Source: a virus. From it: a DNA stretch of 64,000 nt. The notes beneath the pieces were generated by a model. The model was not told the origin of the DNA. It saw only the letters and a program-made list of their open reading frames with translations, and searched no databases. Location: the IMG/VR virus record IMGVR_UViG_3300032242_002232, positions 35,214-99,213 of that record; one strand, written 5' to 3'. A program made the position numbers and the translations under genes. Positions 27,706-37,965 of this stretch are shown here, piece by piece. Numbering within the stretch: position 1 is the first letter of the stretch; each line of letters begins with the position of its first letter.

Positions 27706-28109
27706 TGGCAGTTCAATTTCAGTTTAGACGCGGTACAGCCTCTCAGTGGACCGCAGCTAACACAATTCTTGCATCTGGTGAGCTTGGACTAGAATCCGAC
27801 ACAAACAAATTTAAGATTGGTAACGGCACTTCCGGCTGGAATGCGCTATCATATGCCTCAGGTACTGCAGGTGCAAATGGAGCTACAGGAGCTACCGGAG
27901 CAACTGGAGCATCAGTAACTGGAGCTACAGGAGCTACAGGGGCCACCGGTTCAGTTGGAGCCACAGGTCCTGCGGGAACTCCCGGTGATTCAAATCTAAA
28001 CAAAAAAGTAATTGATGATGCATTTCTTGGAACTAACTTTTACTTCAACAAGCAGTTTTTAACATCAACTGTTGCTCAAACTACTATTTCACCGATTACG
28101 TTAATCTAG
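27705..28109 (+). CDS. Fibre protein with Mtd-N/hyaluronidase-N-like head and short collagen tract
   Basis: QFRRGTA.QWTAAN.IL..GE.G.E.DT.KFKIG.G...W..L.Y. Confidence 0.8.
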   Translation: MAVQFQFRRGTASQWTAANTILASGELGLESDTNKFKIGNGTSGWNALSYASGTAGANGATGATGATGASVTGATGATGATGSVGATGPAGTPGDSNLNKKVIDDAFLGTNFYFNKQFLTSTVAQTTISPITLI

Positions 28110-28121
28110 GAAGGACGTTAA

Positions 28122-31100
28122 GTGTCAAGAAACGTATTATTGGAGTTGGATTATACATTCAACCCAAACACCTATACCCTGGTAGTTCGCAGATGGATTC
28201 CTCAGGAACGCATCATGCTTATTACAAACGTAACTCGAAACGTAGTTTATTATAATTTTTCTGACCCTACAAAATCATTAACATCTGTAACTAAACTTGA
28301 TGTTGGTGATGGGCTTCTACATACTCAAATCGTATTAAATCCAGCTTCATTTGCCGGAACAACCAATCTTTCTACAGATAAAATCCAAGTTTATATTGAT
28401 GAACCTGCTCAAGTATTTGTTCCAGAAGAAACATTTACAGATGCCGCTCAAAAGCAGCGAGTAACAACCCCACAATCTTTAATTGATACTGACTTTGAGT
28501 ACTCAATTCAACCTTCTAAATGGGAAACAATCTTTCTTGTAAATAACTACCCATCATACTTCCCTAAGCCTAACGGCGGTAACGCTATTACAGCAACCTC
28601 TATTTTAGGCGACGGAGATTCACCACGTTCTCTAATTACAGTAACTTCATCTCTTCCGCATGGTTTTGTTGCAGGTAATATCGTAAACGTTCAAGAAACT
28701 CTAAATTATCGTGTAGAAGGAACTTTCCTTATCACTTCCGCACCTACAGTGTATTCTTTTACATACCGCGCACGCGGCGTTGTATCTGGTGAGCAGATTT
28801 ATCAAGGACTTACTACAGTTTATGGTGGAGACGTTTATGACGGTTCCCATATTCCTGGAGGTAACTATGCCGGTCTTGGATCAATCCCAGGAGTACCAAA
28901 CACTTTAGATACAACTTGGACGGTTTCTACAGACGCGGCTTCTCCATCAAACATTACTCTTACATTTAAATACCCACACGGTATGCTTCCAGGACAGTCC
29001 TTAACAATTGCTGGTACAAACAGCTTTGATGGTGACTTTATTATTCACACAGTCCCTAACATGAACCAGCTTATATTCCAAGCAACCAGATATCTACCTT
29101 CTGTTTCTAATGCTGGTGGTACGGGTCGTATTATTGCTAAATCAGATGGATACGTAATTCACCGACCATACGATGCCGGTGTTGCTATTACCACTTACAA
29201 CAACGTTCCAGGACTTCAGACTATTCGTCAAACTCGACGTTATTTTCGCTACCAAGCCGGTAAGGGTATGCAGTTCTCTACGGGAGCTAAGTTAACCCCT
29301 ACATTTAACCTTGATAGCATTTCTGCTAGCACTGGTGTTTCCGGACAAACCGCAGTAGTGACTGTAACCACTATGGAAGACCATGGAATGCAGCCTGGCG
29401 CTACAATATTTATGGAAAACATCCAGGTAAATAATACCGCTCAATACAATCCTTATAATGGTACTTTTGTAGTCGCTTCTGTTTTAAACTCAAATATTTT
29501 TACATACAACGTAACTCTTACACAAAACCTTCCTACAGTTGACCTTACCCCAAATGGACAGAGTTCTTATGCTCACTGCTCCGCTTGGGTTGGCGCAGAA
29601 ACTCGTGCGGGAATGTTTGATGAGCAAAACGGTTTTTACTTCTCATACAACGGCGCAGTACTTGCAGTTAACCGTCGTCACTCAGAAAAAGTTTTATCTG
29701 GTCGTATTAACTTAGTACAAAACTCGCCGCTAGTAACAGGTACAGGAACTCAGTTCCGTAAGCAACTTACTGTCGGTAACAAGATTGTTATTAAGGGGTC
29801 TTCTTACCTTATTACAGCTATTTCTTCAGATACTCAACTCTATATTGCTCCTGCTTTTAAGGGACTTTCTTCTACAGGTCAACGTGCAACAGTAACTCAA
29901 AACATTCAGTACGCACAGTCTGCTTGGAATATTGATAAGTGTGACGGTACCGGCCCTTCTGGCTATGTACTTGATGTTAAAAAAATGCAGATGATCTACA
30001 TTGACTACTCATGGTACGGTGCTGGAACAATTCGTTTTGGTGTTCGTGGACCACGAGGTACAATCATTTATGTACACCGCATTGTTAACTCTAACGTTAA
30101 CCAGTTGGCTTACCAAAAGTCTGGTAACTTACCTGCTCGTTATGAAGTAGATAACGCCCCTATTACATTCTCTCGCATGACTGCGGGACCGGCAGGTACT
30201 AGCGGATCTCAGCTAGCCCCAAATGATTTATTAATATATGCGGACAACGTAACTAACTGGCCGTCTTCAGGTTACCTATCAGTTAAAGATGATACTAATA
30301 TTGAGCTTGTTCAGTACAGCAGTATTGGTTCGTATAACTCAGCGGCGCTTGGTTATCCAATTACCCTTACAGGTCGTCGACAGTCAATCAGCTTGATCTA
30401 CCCAGATCAACCATTCTCGTTTAAAGCTGGAACAAGTACTTCAGTAATCTTTACCCCTGATTCATCCCTTACAGGTGTCGGTGGTTCTGCTCAAGTAGCT
30501 CTTCAACCTATGACTCAAACTTGTGCTCCTATCATCCAACACTGGGGATCCTCAGTGGTTATGGATGGAGGTTTTCAAACAGACTTACTTCCAATCTTTA
30601 CAGGCGGTATGACAAAGTACCAAACAATTGCGGCAGGTATTACTCGTCCGCTTCTAGCTATTCGCCCAGCACCTTCTGTAGACAACGCAATCGCTAGAAA
30701 CTTTGGTATTCGTGAACTTATTAACCGCATGGCTTTGAACCTTCAGTCTATTGGAGTTCAGACAAACGGCTCATACCGTATTGACGTTATCCTAAACCCT
30801 TCATACCTTTCCTATAGCAACTACTCAGCAGCAACGCTTGCTGTAAGCCGTACATCAGTATCAGGAACCTCGGGTAACCCATTCTTTACTGTTAACGACA
30901 CAGGTACTATCAACATCGCTGGTGTAACTGGTCTTGGTATTGGTATGTTTGTTACTGGTACGGGTATTCAAACCGGTACATATATCACCAACATCCAAGG
31001 TAACCTGGTAACTATCAGCACTAACCTAACCGCTAACTGCACCGGTAGCTACAGCTTTACCCCTACCTCAGGATTTACAGGCCTTCCAAACGACTGGACC

Positions 31101-31442
31101 CGAGATCCTGTAGGACAGTCTTCTTTGGCTCAGGTTCTTTACTTTGATAATTCAGGTTCTGGACAAGGAAACATCCAGTCTGCTACAGGCATTATTACCG
31201 GTGGTGATTCGATCTTCTCATTCTTCACTGAAAATGGTGGTGGTGCGTCAAACTTTAACTCCTCAATTTACTCACTTGTAGGCGCTAAAGATATCGGAAA
31301 CTCCTATATGTCTGGAAATGGTAACCAATCTACCCCTGGTTTCCCTAATGGCCCGGATGTTATCGTTATTCAGGCTACCAACATTGGTTCCGCTTCCTCA
31401 CAGGTGTCTGCTCGTATCTCTTGGACAGAGGCACAGGCTTAA
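28122..31442 (+). CDS. Large virion structural protein (FCCH-like repeats, concanavalin-like core)
   Basis: PQSLIDTDFEY..Q..KWE; RQTRRYFRYQ.GKG; IDYSWYGAG.IRFG; repeated HG...G modules. Confidence 0.7.
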   Translation: MSRNVLLELDYTFNPNTYTLVVRRWIPQERIMLITNVTRNVVYYNFSDPTKSLTSVTKLDVGDGLLHTQIVLNPASFAGTTNLSTDKIQVYIDEPAQVFVPEETFTDAAQKQRVTTPQSLIDTDFEYSIQPSKWETIFLVNNYPSYFPKPNGGNAITATSILGDGDSPRSLITVTSSLPHGFVAGNIVNVQETLNYRVEGTFLITSAPTVYSFTYRARGVVSGEQIYQGLTTVYGGDVYDGSHIPGGNYAGLGSIPGVPNTLDTTWTVSTDAASPSNITLTFKYPHGMLPGQSLTIAGTNSFDGDFIIHTVPNMNQLIFQATRYLPSVSNAGGTGRIIAKSDGYVIHRPYDAGVAITTYNNVPGLQTIRQTRRYFRYQAGKGMQFSTGAKLTPTFNLDSISASTGVSGQTAVVTVTTMEDHGMQPGATIFMENIQVNNTAQYNPYNGTFVVASVLNSNIFTYNVTLTQNLPTVDLTPNGQSSYAHCSAWVGAETRAGMFDEQNGFYFSYNGAVLAVNRRHSEKVLSGRINLVQNSPLVTGTGTQFRKQLTVGNKIVIKGSSYLITAISSDTQLYIAPAFKGLSSTGQRATVTQNIQYAQSAWNIDKCDGTGPSGYVLDVKKMQMIYIDYSWYGAGTIRFGVRGPRGTIIYVHRIVNSNVNQLAYQKSGNLPARYEVDNAPITFSRMTAGPAGTSGSQLAPNDLLIYADNVTNWPSSGYLSVKDDTNIELVQYSSIGSYNSAALGYPITLTGRRQSISLIYPDQPFSFKAGTSTSVIFTPDSSLTGVGGSAQVALQPMTQTCAPIIQHWGSSVVMDGGFQTDLLPIFTGGMTKYQTIAAGITRPLLAIRPAPSVDNAIARNFGIRELINRMALNLQSIGVQTNGSYRIDVILNPSYLSYSNYSAATLAVSRTSVSGTSGNPFFTVNDTGTINIAGVTGLGIGMFVTGTGIQTGTYITNIQGNLVTISTNLTANCTGSYSFTPTSGFTGLPNDWTRDPVGQSSLAQVLYFDNSGSGQGNIQSATGIITGGDSIFSFFTENGGGASNFNSSIYSLVGAKDIGNSYMSGNGNQSTPGFPNGPDVIVIQATNIGSASSQVSARISWTEAQA

Positions 31443-31513
31443 TGTTAGTTAGAGAATCCAACAACCCTAAATCTGCTATACTTCGAAAAACCTTGGAAAG
31501 TAGGTAATCCACA

Positions 31514-31852
31514 ATGGCAAACTACGCCTCACTGAGTACCCAGATCACTCAGCTGACATCAGATATGACCACCAGTCTTACAGGTGGAACATACACATCT
31601 CAAGACTACGCGTACTACGCTAATGCGTTGTCAACCTTGGGAACAATGCTTGGGGTCAATGACATTGTGGCCGCTACATCTAACCAGGTCACTTTAGTAA
31701 CAACGGCAGGAACCACTCAAACTGGTCTTGTCAATACTGCTGGTACCACTCAGGTATCTGCGGTTAACTCCGCTGGAAGCACACAGCTTACAGCGATTAA
31801 TACAGCTGCAAACAACCTAACCATTCTAGCATACATGGGAGTACTAGCCTAA
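31514..31852 (+). CDS. Fibre-anchoring structural protein
   Basis: Thr-rich 11-residue pseudo-repeats (V.TAGTTQ); hydrophobic C-terminus LAYMGVLA. Confidence 0.6.
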   Translation: MANYASLSTQITQLTSDMTTSLTGGTYTSQDYAYYANALSTLGTMLGVNDIVAATSNQVTLVTTAGTTQTGLVNTAGTTQVSAVNSAGSTQLTAINTAANNLTILAYMGVLA

Positions 31853-32154
31853 TGGCAACAACAGTAACGCTTATTCGCCGTGGTACCGCTGGTACTACTG
31901 ACGCAGGTTATACCATCACTGGTGTAACTAACGCAATTATCACAAACGTAATCTTGTCTAACAAGACATCTAATACACGCTACGCAACAGTAACTGTTGG
32001 TGGCTACTCATTCTGTACCGCACTGCAGATCCCTGCAAACGGTACCGTAAATTTTGACGCACGCCTTGTTGCAAACAACAACGACGTAGTCGTTGTTACA
32101 GCAGATCAAGCAGCTGCAGTAGACTTTTTCATCTCTGGCGTTTATAACTCCTAA
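31852..32154 (+). CDS. Small beta-sandwich fibre adaptor
   Basis: I.NVILSN.T.....TV.....IPAN....ISG; paralogous to 39027-39371. Confidence 0.6.
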   Translation: MATTVTLIRRGTAGTTDAGYTITGVTNAIITNVILSNKTSNTRYATVTVGGYSFCTALQIPANGTVNFDARLVANNNDVVVVTADQAAAVDFFISGVYNS

Positions 32155-32178
32155 TAACTAAGGAACAGGTAACTACAT

Positions 32179-35100
32179 ATGGCAATCTCCGCATATAAAG
32201 ACGTAATTGTCTTCCCGAATGATAACTCGGGTCGTGTCAACATCAAAGAGCAGGCATTTACTGCCAGTGGTACCTGGACCGCACCATCCGGCGTTACAGC
32301 TGCACAGATTATTCTAGTAGGTGCCGGTGGAGGCGGCGGCGGTGGGTCAACCAACGTTGCTGGCGGCGGCGGTGGAGGTGGACAGGTAACTGTCATCAAC
32401 TACCCTGTTACTCCCGGTACTGCATATCAGGTTAACATCGGTGCGGGTGGACTTGGTGGACAGAGCTCTATCACCTCTGCTACTGACGTTCTTTCTACTC
32501 TTCCTGGCGCAAATGGTGGTACAACATCATTTGGTTCAACAACCGTTTGGAACTACCTAACTAACCCAGACTTCGATTACAACACTCTTGGTTGGGATCC
32601 TGAAGTTACATTCCGCTTTGTTACTGGTGTATCTGGTGCTTCAACAGTCCAGGTATTTCCTAACGCCGCTGGTCTTATCAACGGTATGTATGTTCTTGGT
32701 ACAAACCTTGGATCAAACACACAGATTACGGCTATCTCAGGTAACATTCTTACTCTTTCAGTAATTAACGCTGGTGCAGTAAACACTGTTGTTCGTTTTG
32801 ATGGTGGTAACTCACAGCTAGCTCCAGCTAACACAACCGTTAACGCTATCAGCGCTCCTGGTGTAGATGCTATTACGGGTGTTAACACATTTGCTGTTAA
32901 CTCTGCAGGATCTCCTTATACCAACACAATGACTGGTACAACACAGCCACAGATTCTTTCAAACAACTTGATGCCTGCGCGTCTAGCTCAGCTTGAAGAT
33001 CCTCAGTTGGTATCTGGTACATACATTAGCTCCCAGGGTACAAACGCTGCAACAATCTCTATTACAGCAGCTGGTTTGCCTGCAAAGATCAACAACGAAA
33101 TGATTGGTGCGGTAACAACTACAGCATCAGCAACTAACGGTGCAACAACAATTACTGTAACTAACGCGTTTGGTATCTATGCAAACATGTTTATTACAGC
33201 ACCATCAGGTATTGCTACAGGTACTTATGTACTTGCAGTTAATGGTACTTCTATCACACTAAGCACAGGTACAACAGGTGTTCTTTCAGGATCAACTGTT
33301 TACTTCTCATACAACCCATCTTTGGGACTTAACGCACTCCTTGCAACAACAGGTGCTGCCGTATCTACAGCTAACCCATCATGGTTGCTATTCTCAACAT
33401 TAACCAATACCAGCACAACAGGTTCTTCATCTTATGTTGGTGGTTACCAGGGTATTCCTTGGATTCCAGGTCAGACATACACAGTTTCTGCGTACGTCTC
33501 CTCTAACCTTAATATCTCAACTTCTACGCCAATCCTCTTCCAGCTTCGTTCTGCTGGTTGGTCTTACATGGCTGCGGTTAACGTCAACTACCTCGGTGGT
33601 ACAGGTACATACACACCTAATACCAACACAATTGATGCCGGTACAACTAACGGATTCTTCGTTCGCCAGTCTACAGCAGCAGCAATGACAGGCTACGGCG
33701 CATCAATTACCTCAACTGCTACAGGTTCAAGTGGATCTACGCAGTTTGTAGTTACTAACGCAGCGGGTGTTTATGTTGGTATGCAGATCACAGCAGTTGG
33801 TGTGACTGTAGGTACAACTGTAACCTCTATCACAGGCTCAACAGGTTCACAGACAGTAACAATGTCTGCGGTATCTACAGCGGCCCTAACTAACACCTCA
33901 GTAACATTCTCAATGCCTTCAGGTGTTCAGGTACTTGGTTCTACAGTAACTACTGGTCAAACAGGATGGCGCCGTATCTACGCCACCATCACCACACCAT
34001 CTATCTCAGCAACAAGTGCTACCGCAACAAACAATATCTATGGTTTAGGTTCTACACCACAGTTCATTTACCCAGCTATCGTTCTACAACAGGCTAACAC
34101 CTCGTTCTGGTTCGATAACCTACAGGTTGAGCTTGGATCAGTACCTACAACATGGCAGCCACCTGTTTACCAGCAGATTCCATCACTTTCTGTTCAGTCT
34201 AACGCAAACAACTCTACAGATCTTGAATCAGCTCACCGACCAGTTCGTATCACAGCTAACTCAACATACTCAGGCTCAATGTACGTAACTGCACTCGGTA
34301 CGACTCCTTACTACCAGCCAGTAACAGCATTCATCGAATGGATGGATGTGGATTACAACGTACTTTCACGTTCAACTGGTTCTAACAACTTCTTGCCACT
34401 ACTTCCTCAGCAGACAGCGACAGTACAGGCACCAAATACAACTTACCCAGTTCGTATCGGTGTTTCTGCTACAGCCCCTGCAACTGCAGTCTTTGCTCGC
34501 CTAGGGTTCTCTGTATATCAGGGTACAAAGGGTGCAACAACAGCTATTCAGTACAACATGTTCTATCCGGTTCTTGAACTTGGATCAAACGTCTTTACAC
34601 AGCCAAAGCGTCCAGACGGTATTAACTACTTCTGGGCAGGTCAGCCAGGTGCATCAGCACTTATCAGCTCATGGGCTCTTGCTGCAGAAGGTGGTGGAGG
34701 TGGAGGTACTTACAACTCTGCTAACACACACTGGCAGTACGGCCTTGAAGGCGGTAACAACGGCGGACACGCAGCTAACAACTCTTATTCTACCCTCACC
34801 CTTGCAGGTGGCGGTGGAGGCTCATTCTCAGTGGGTATGCCAGGACAGGCTTGGGGTCAGACAACCAACGCGTCTACATCCTCACAGGTTGGTACCAACA
34901 CAGGATCAACTGCAGGTATCTATAGCCACACATTCCCAGTTCGTGGAAACCTTGGCGGATTCTCGCATATAGATAACGGCGGTAACGCATCATACCTTTC
35001 AGCTCAAGGTGGAGACGGTGGCCTTGGCCAGCTTATCTCTGGTTTGACTTCTGGTTCACCTCTTGGCCTCACCCTTGGTGGTGGCGGTGGTGGAGCTGGT

Positions 35101-35925
35101 TGGGGATCATCTTCAGCATCACTTACATACCCAGGCCGTGGAAACGGTGGCGGTGGTAAGGGCGGCGGAACATATATCGCTGACGAATACAACAACCAGT
35201 ACTACTTTGCTCGTGGCCTTGATGCTACACCTAACACCGGTGGTGGCGGAGGTGGTGGCGGTTCTCTACAGAACAACTCACCATTTGCACTTATCACACA
35301 TACAGCCGCAGCAAATACTATTAACTTCGAAAACTGGAATCAGGATAACTACAAGATGGTGGGATTGTATAACGCAACCCCTATCCAGTCTTCTGGTGCA
35401 GCCATTGCTGCTGGTACCTATGGTATGCAGGTAACGATTGGTGACAATGGTTCAGCTAAGGTTGTAACTGCTTGGCAGGAATTCCCAATCCTTCCTCGTA
35501 CAGTTCTCTACTTCCCAGTTGTAGCGTTCCAACTAGCAACAGCACCTCAGGGTGTTACAAACGCTACTCTCTTCCCAGGATTGTCAAAGCGTGTTCGCCC
35601 AACAGTTCGTTGGAAGGATGCAACTAACACAATCATCCGTGAAGATCGCCCAGCATATGATGCAATCTTTACAGCACTATCAACAACTACCTACCTTGGA
35701 CCTACAGCAGGTTACGCACAGTCTGGTGGTTGGGCAACATTAGCGGCTCCTGCAAACGCTTACTTCTTCGACCTAACATATGAATTCGATTACTTTGATG
35801 GTGGTGACGTTGTTTACGTAGACAACGCGGCAGCTGCTGTCCAGTACCTTGGATACATTGGTCAAGGCGGTAACGGTGCTGACGGTTATGCTATCGTTCG
35901 TTACTTCGACAAGACTTCACTCTAA
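32179..35925 (+). CDS. Glycine-rich tail fibre/receptor-binding protein
   Basis: FTASGTWTAPSGVT....LVGAGGGGG; GGGGG blocks; ends GGNGADGYAIVRY; CBM-like inserts. Confidence 0.8.
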   Translation: MAISAYKDVIVFPNDNSGRVNIKEQAFTASGTWTAPSGVTAAQIILVGAGGGGGGGSTNVAGGGGGGGQVTVINYPVTPGTAYQVNIGAGGLGGQSSITSATDVLSTLPGANGGTTSFGSTTVWNYLTNPDFDYNTLGWDPEVTFRFVTGVSGASTVQVFPNAAGLINGMYVLGTNLGSNTQITAISGNILTLSVINAGAVNTVVRFDGGNSQLAPANTTVNAISAPGVDAITGVNTFAVNSAGSPYTNTMTGTTQPQILSNNLMPARLAQLEDPQLVSGTYISSQGTNAATISITAAGLPAKINNEMIGAVTTTASATNGATTITVTNAFGIYANMFITAPSGIATGTYVLAVNGTSITLSTGTTGVLSGSTVYFSYNPSLGLNALLATTGAAVSTANPSWLLFSTLTNTSTTGSSSYVGGYQGIPWIPGQTYTVSAYVSSNLNISTSTPILFQLRSAGWSYMAAVNVNYLGGTGTYTPNTNTIDAGTTNGFFVRQSTAAAMTGYGASITSTATGSSGSTQFVVTNAAGVYVGMQITAVGVTVGTTVTSITGSTGSQTVTMSAVSTAALTNTSVTFSMPSGVQVLGSTVTTGQTGWRRIYATITTPSISATSATATNNIYGLGSTPQFIYPAIVLQQANTSFWFDNLQVELGSVPTTWQPPVYQQIPSLSVQSNANNSTDLESAHRPVRITANSTYSGSMYVTALGTTPYYQPVTAFIEWMDVDYNVLSRSTGSNNFLPLLPQQTATVQAPNTTYPVRIGVSATAPATAVFARLGFSVYQGTKGATTAIQYNMFYPVLELGSNVFTQPKRPDGINYFWAGQPGASALISSWALAAEGGGGGGTYNSANTHWQYGLEGGNNGGHAANNSYSTLTLAGGGGGSFSVGMPGQAWGQTTNASTSSQVGTNTGSTAGIYSHTFPVRGNLGGFSHIDNGGNASYLSAQGGDGGLGQLISGLTSGSPLGLTLGGGGGGAGWGSSSASLTYPGRGNGGGGKGGGTYIADEYNNQYYFARGLDATPNTGGGGGGGGSLQNNSPFALITHTAAANTINFENWNQDNYKMVGLYNATPIQSSGAAIAAGTYGMQVTIGDNGSAKVVTAWQEFPILPRTVLYFPVVAFQLATAPQGVTNATLFPGLSKRVRPTVRWKDATNTIIREDRPAYDAIFTALSTTTYLGPTAGYAQSGGWATLAAPANAYFFDLTYEFDYFDGGDVVYVDNAAAAVQYLGYIGQGGNGADGYAIVRYFDKTSL

Positions 35926-35938
35926 GGAGAGCATATAA

Positions 35939-36244
35939 ATGGCTAATTACGCATTACTATCAAACGGTAAGGTTATCAATCACCTTATCGCGGCATCAGT
36001 GGCCGACCTAGGTGAGCAGGCGTCTATCTACGACGTTGTCGATATCACTAACGTCTACCCACAGCCTTCTACAAATTGGACACTTGAAGGTGGTGTATGG
36101 TTCCCACCGCGCACTATTGACAAAACTAAATCTGACTGGAATGGTGTTGGATTTAACGATCCAGCCATTACAGTAGAACTTATCCAGGCTGCTCTCGAAG
36201 CACCTAAGGATGACTCTAAGAAATCATCTAAGAAGGAAGACTAA
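35939..36244 (+). CDS. Tail-fibre-associated small protein
   Basis: MANYAL..NG.V.N...A; W...G..W..P motif typical after Gly-rich fibres. Confidence 0.65.
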   Translation: MANYALLSNGKVINHLIAASVADLGEQASIYDVVDITNVYPQPSTNWTLEGGVWFPPRTIDKTKSDWNGVGFNDPAITVELIQAALEAPKDDSKKSSKKED

Positions 36245-36248
36245 CTAA

Positions 36249-36626
36249 ATGTCAGTTACATCTGTACCCGGGGTACTTGTTCAAGGACAAGATGCCGCTA
36301 TTAGTAGTGCCCAGTTATCTCGGGTACAGGTGTTTCCAAACTGCTCAGGAACTTTTAACGTAAACCCAACCGATGGTGGGTTTGTTCAGCTAAACTCTAT
36401 AGCAGCGGATTCAACAATTAACTTTATTGGTATCCCAAACCAACCAACTGTATGGTACGTAGAGGTTTCAAATAGAGGAACTAAAAACGTAACATTTAAC
36501 GGAGTAACTTGGGATGGAGGATCTGCCCCATCTATTGTTAGCTCCGGACGTACTACTCTTATCTTTACTTCGTTTTTTGGTAACTCAATTAACGGAGCTT
36601 TGTTTCACGCTAATCTAGCTTCCTAA
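36249..36626 (+). CDS. Fibre-tip/structural protein
   Basis: VTWDGGSAPS C-terminal module. Confidence 0.65.
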   Translation: MSVTSVPGVLVQGQDAAISSAQLSRVQVFPNCSGTFNVNPTDGGFVQLNSIAADSTINFIGIPNQPTVWYVEVSNRGTKNVTFNGVTWDGGSAPSIVSSGRTTLIFTSFFGNSINGALFHANLAS

Positions 36627-36634
36627 GGAGTATC

Positions 36635-37090
36635 GTGCCTTTTTCATCTTACCCTGATATTTATCGTGCGGGTACTTCTGCGTACAATACTGCCGTTGCT
36701 TTGTCTACAAAAAGCATTTTTGCAACACCTAGCTCAAATCAGACGGTTAATCCGTTGGCAACACCATACGTAAAGGTGAATAGACCCTCTACTGTTATTA
36801 CACTTAATTTTGATATTGCTTCAAGTTTTGTTGGCCCTCAGGCGTATATTCCACTAAGAAACGTCACATACACAACATCTTCTCAAGTTATTGGGGCTAT
36901 TTGGACTGTAGAGTACGTGCCTAATACTTCAGGACAAATCCTTAACTTTGCAATCACATCCCCAGCTTCCGGAACCTCTATTGTATGGGATGGCGGATCA
37001 GCTCCGTCTGGACCAACAACATATGCGGTTTACCAGTTCTACACTCTTGATGGACTTAACGTTAAAGCAAAGGTATTGGTGAACTACTAA
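36635..37090 (+). CDS. Fibre-tip/structural protein (paralog)
   Basis: IVWDGGSAPS...F.T.DG; AAGGAG RBS with GTG start. Confidence 0.65.
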   Translation: MPFSSYPDIYRAGTSAYNTAVALSTKSIFATPSSNQTVNPLATPYVKVNRPSTVITLNFDIASSFVGPQAYIPLRNVTYTTSSQVIGAIWTVEYVPNTSGQILNFAITSPASGTSIVWDGGSAPSGPTTYAVYQFYTLDGLNVKAKVLVNY

Positions 37091-37947
37091 TGGGTCTTAC
37101 AACATATCCTCAGCCATTTCAAAAAAGTGCACAGGCATATATTAATGCGGGAATCACCTATAACGGAGCTAGCGGCCAGCTTCTTGCAACAGGCTTTATA
37201 GGCTCTACTCAGTCCCTTGGCTCATATCAAGCAGGCGGTTATGTATATGCTTCAATTCCAACAGGACAGACAACAACCCTTTCTTGGTCAGCGCCTTCCA
37301 GTACAGCTTATGGCTCTACCTGGTACGCTGAGATTTACGTCCCCACACTTGCCGTAAGCACTACGGTAGCTGCAGCTATCTCAGCTTTAACTACTGATAC
37401 GCTTGCAGCATCTGGAAGCACAGTCATTAATATTTCAAGCGCTGTCGGAATTACAACCGGTTTGATTGTAACTGGCCCGGGAATTGCAGCAGCCACTACA
37501 GTTTCTGCTGTTGGTGTTAACCAGGTAACGTTATCAAACGCCATTACCCGTGACGTATTTAAGGGAACAGCATTTACATTTACACCAACTAATGCTACTT
37601 GGCCGAGCGGAGCCACGGCTTTGCCTTTAACAAACGCCGCTAATATTGTTACTGTAGCTGGTAGTGGAACAAACGCTACTTGCACAGGTCTTGCGGCAAG
37701 CACATATGTAACTTCTGTATCAAACAGCGTAGTTACTCTATCTGCAGCCACAACTGGCTCTATTGCCGCTGGAACAGCTTTTACATCTACACCTGCTATT
37801 ACTTGGTCAGGTATCTCATGGCACAACAACGTAACTCCTACACAAGCTATTGGTGGTCGCAGTATCTATCTATTCACTGCTCCCGGAGATGGGTCGCTTA
37901 TTTACGGACGCCAAATCATGGCTAACTTAGCTGGAGCTGGGCTCTAA
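37090..37947 (+). CDS. Fibre/structural protein
   Basis: Thr/Ala/Ser-rich beta modules; related C-terminal module. Confidence 0.65.
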   Translation: MGLTTYPQPFQKSAQAYINAGITYNGASGQLLATGFIGSTQSLGSYQAGGYVYASIPTGQTTTLSWSAPSSTAYGSTWYAEIYVPTLAVSTTVAAAISALTTDTLAASGSTVINISSAVGITTGLIVTGPGIAAATTVSAVGVNQVTLSNAITRDVFKGTAFTFTPTNATWPSGATALPLTNAANIVTVAGSGTNATCTGLAASTYVTSVSNSVVTLSAATTGSIAAGTAFTSTPAITWSGISWHNNVTPTQAIGGRSIYLFTAPGDGSLIYGRQIMANLAGAGL

Positions 37948-37965
37948 TAAACTAAGCGGGGGCGC

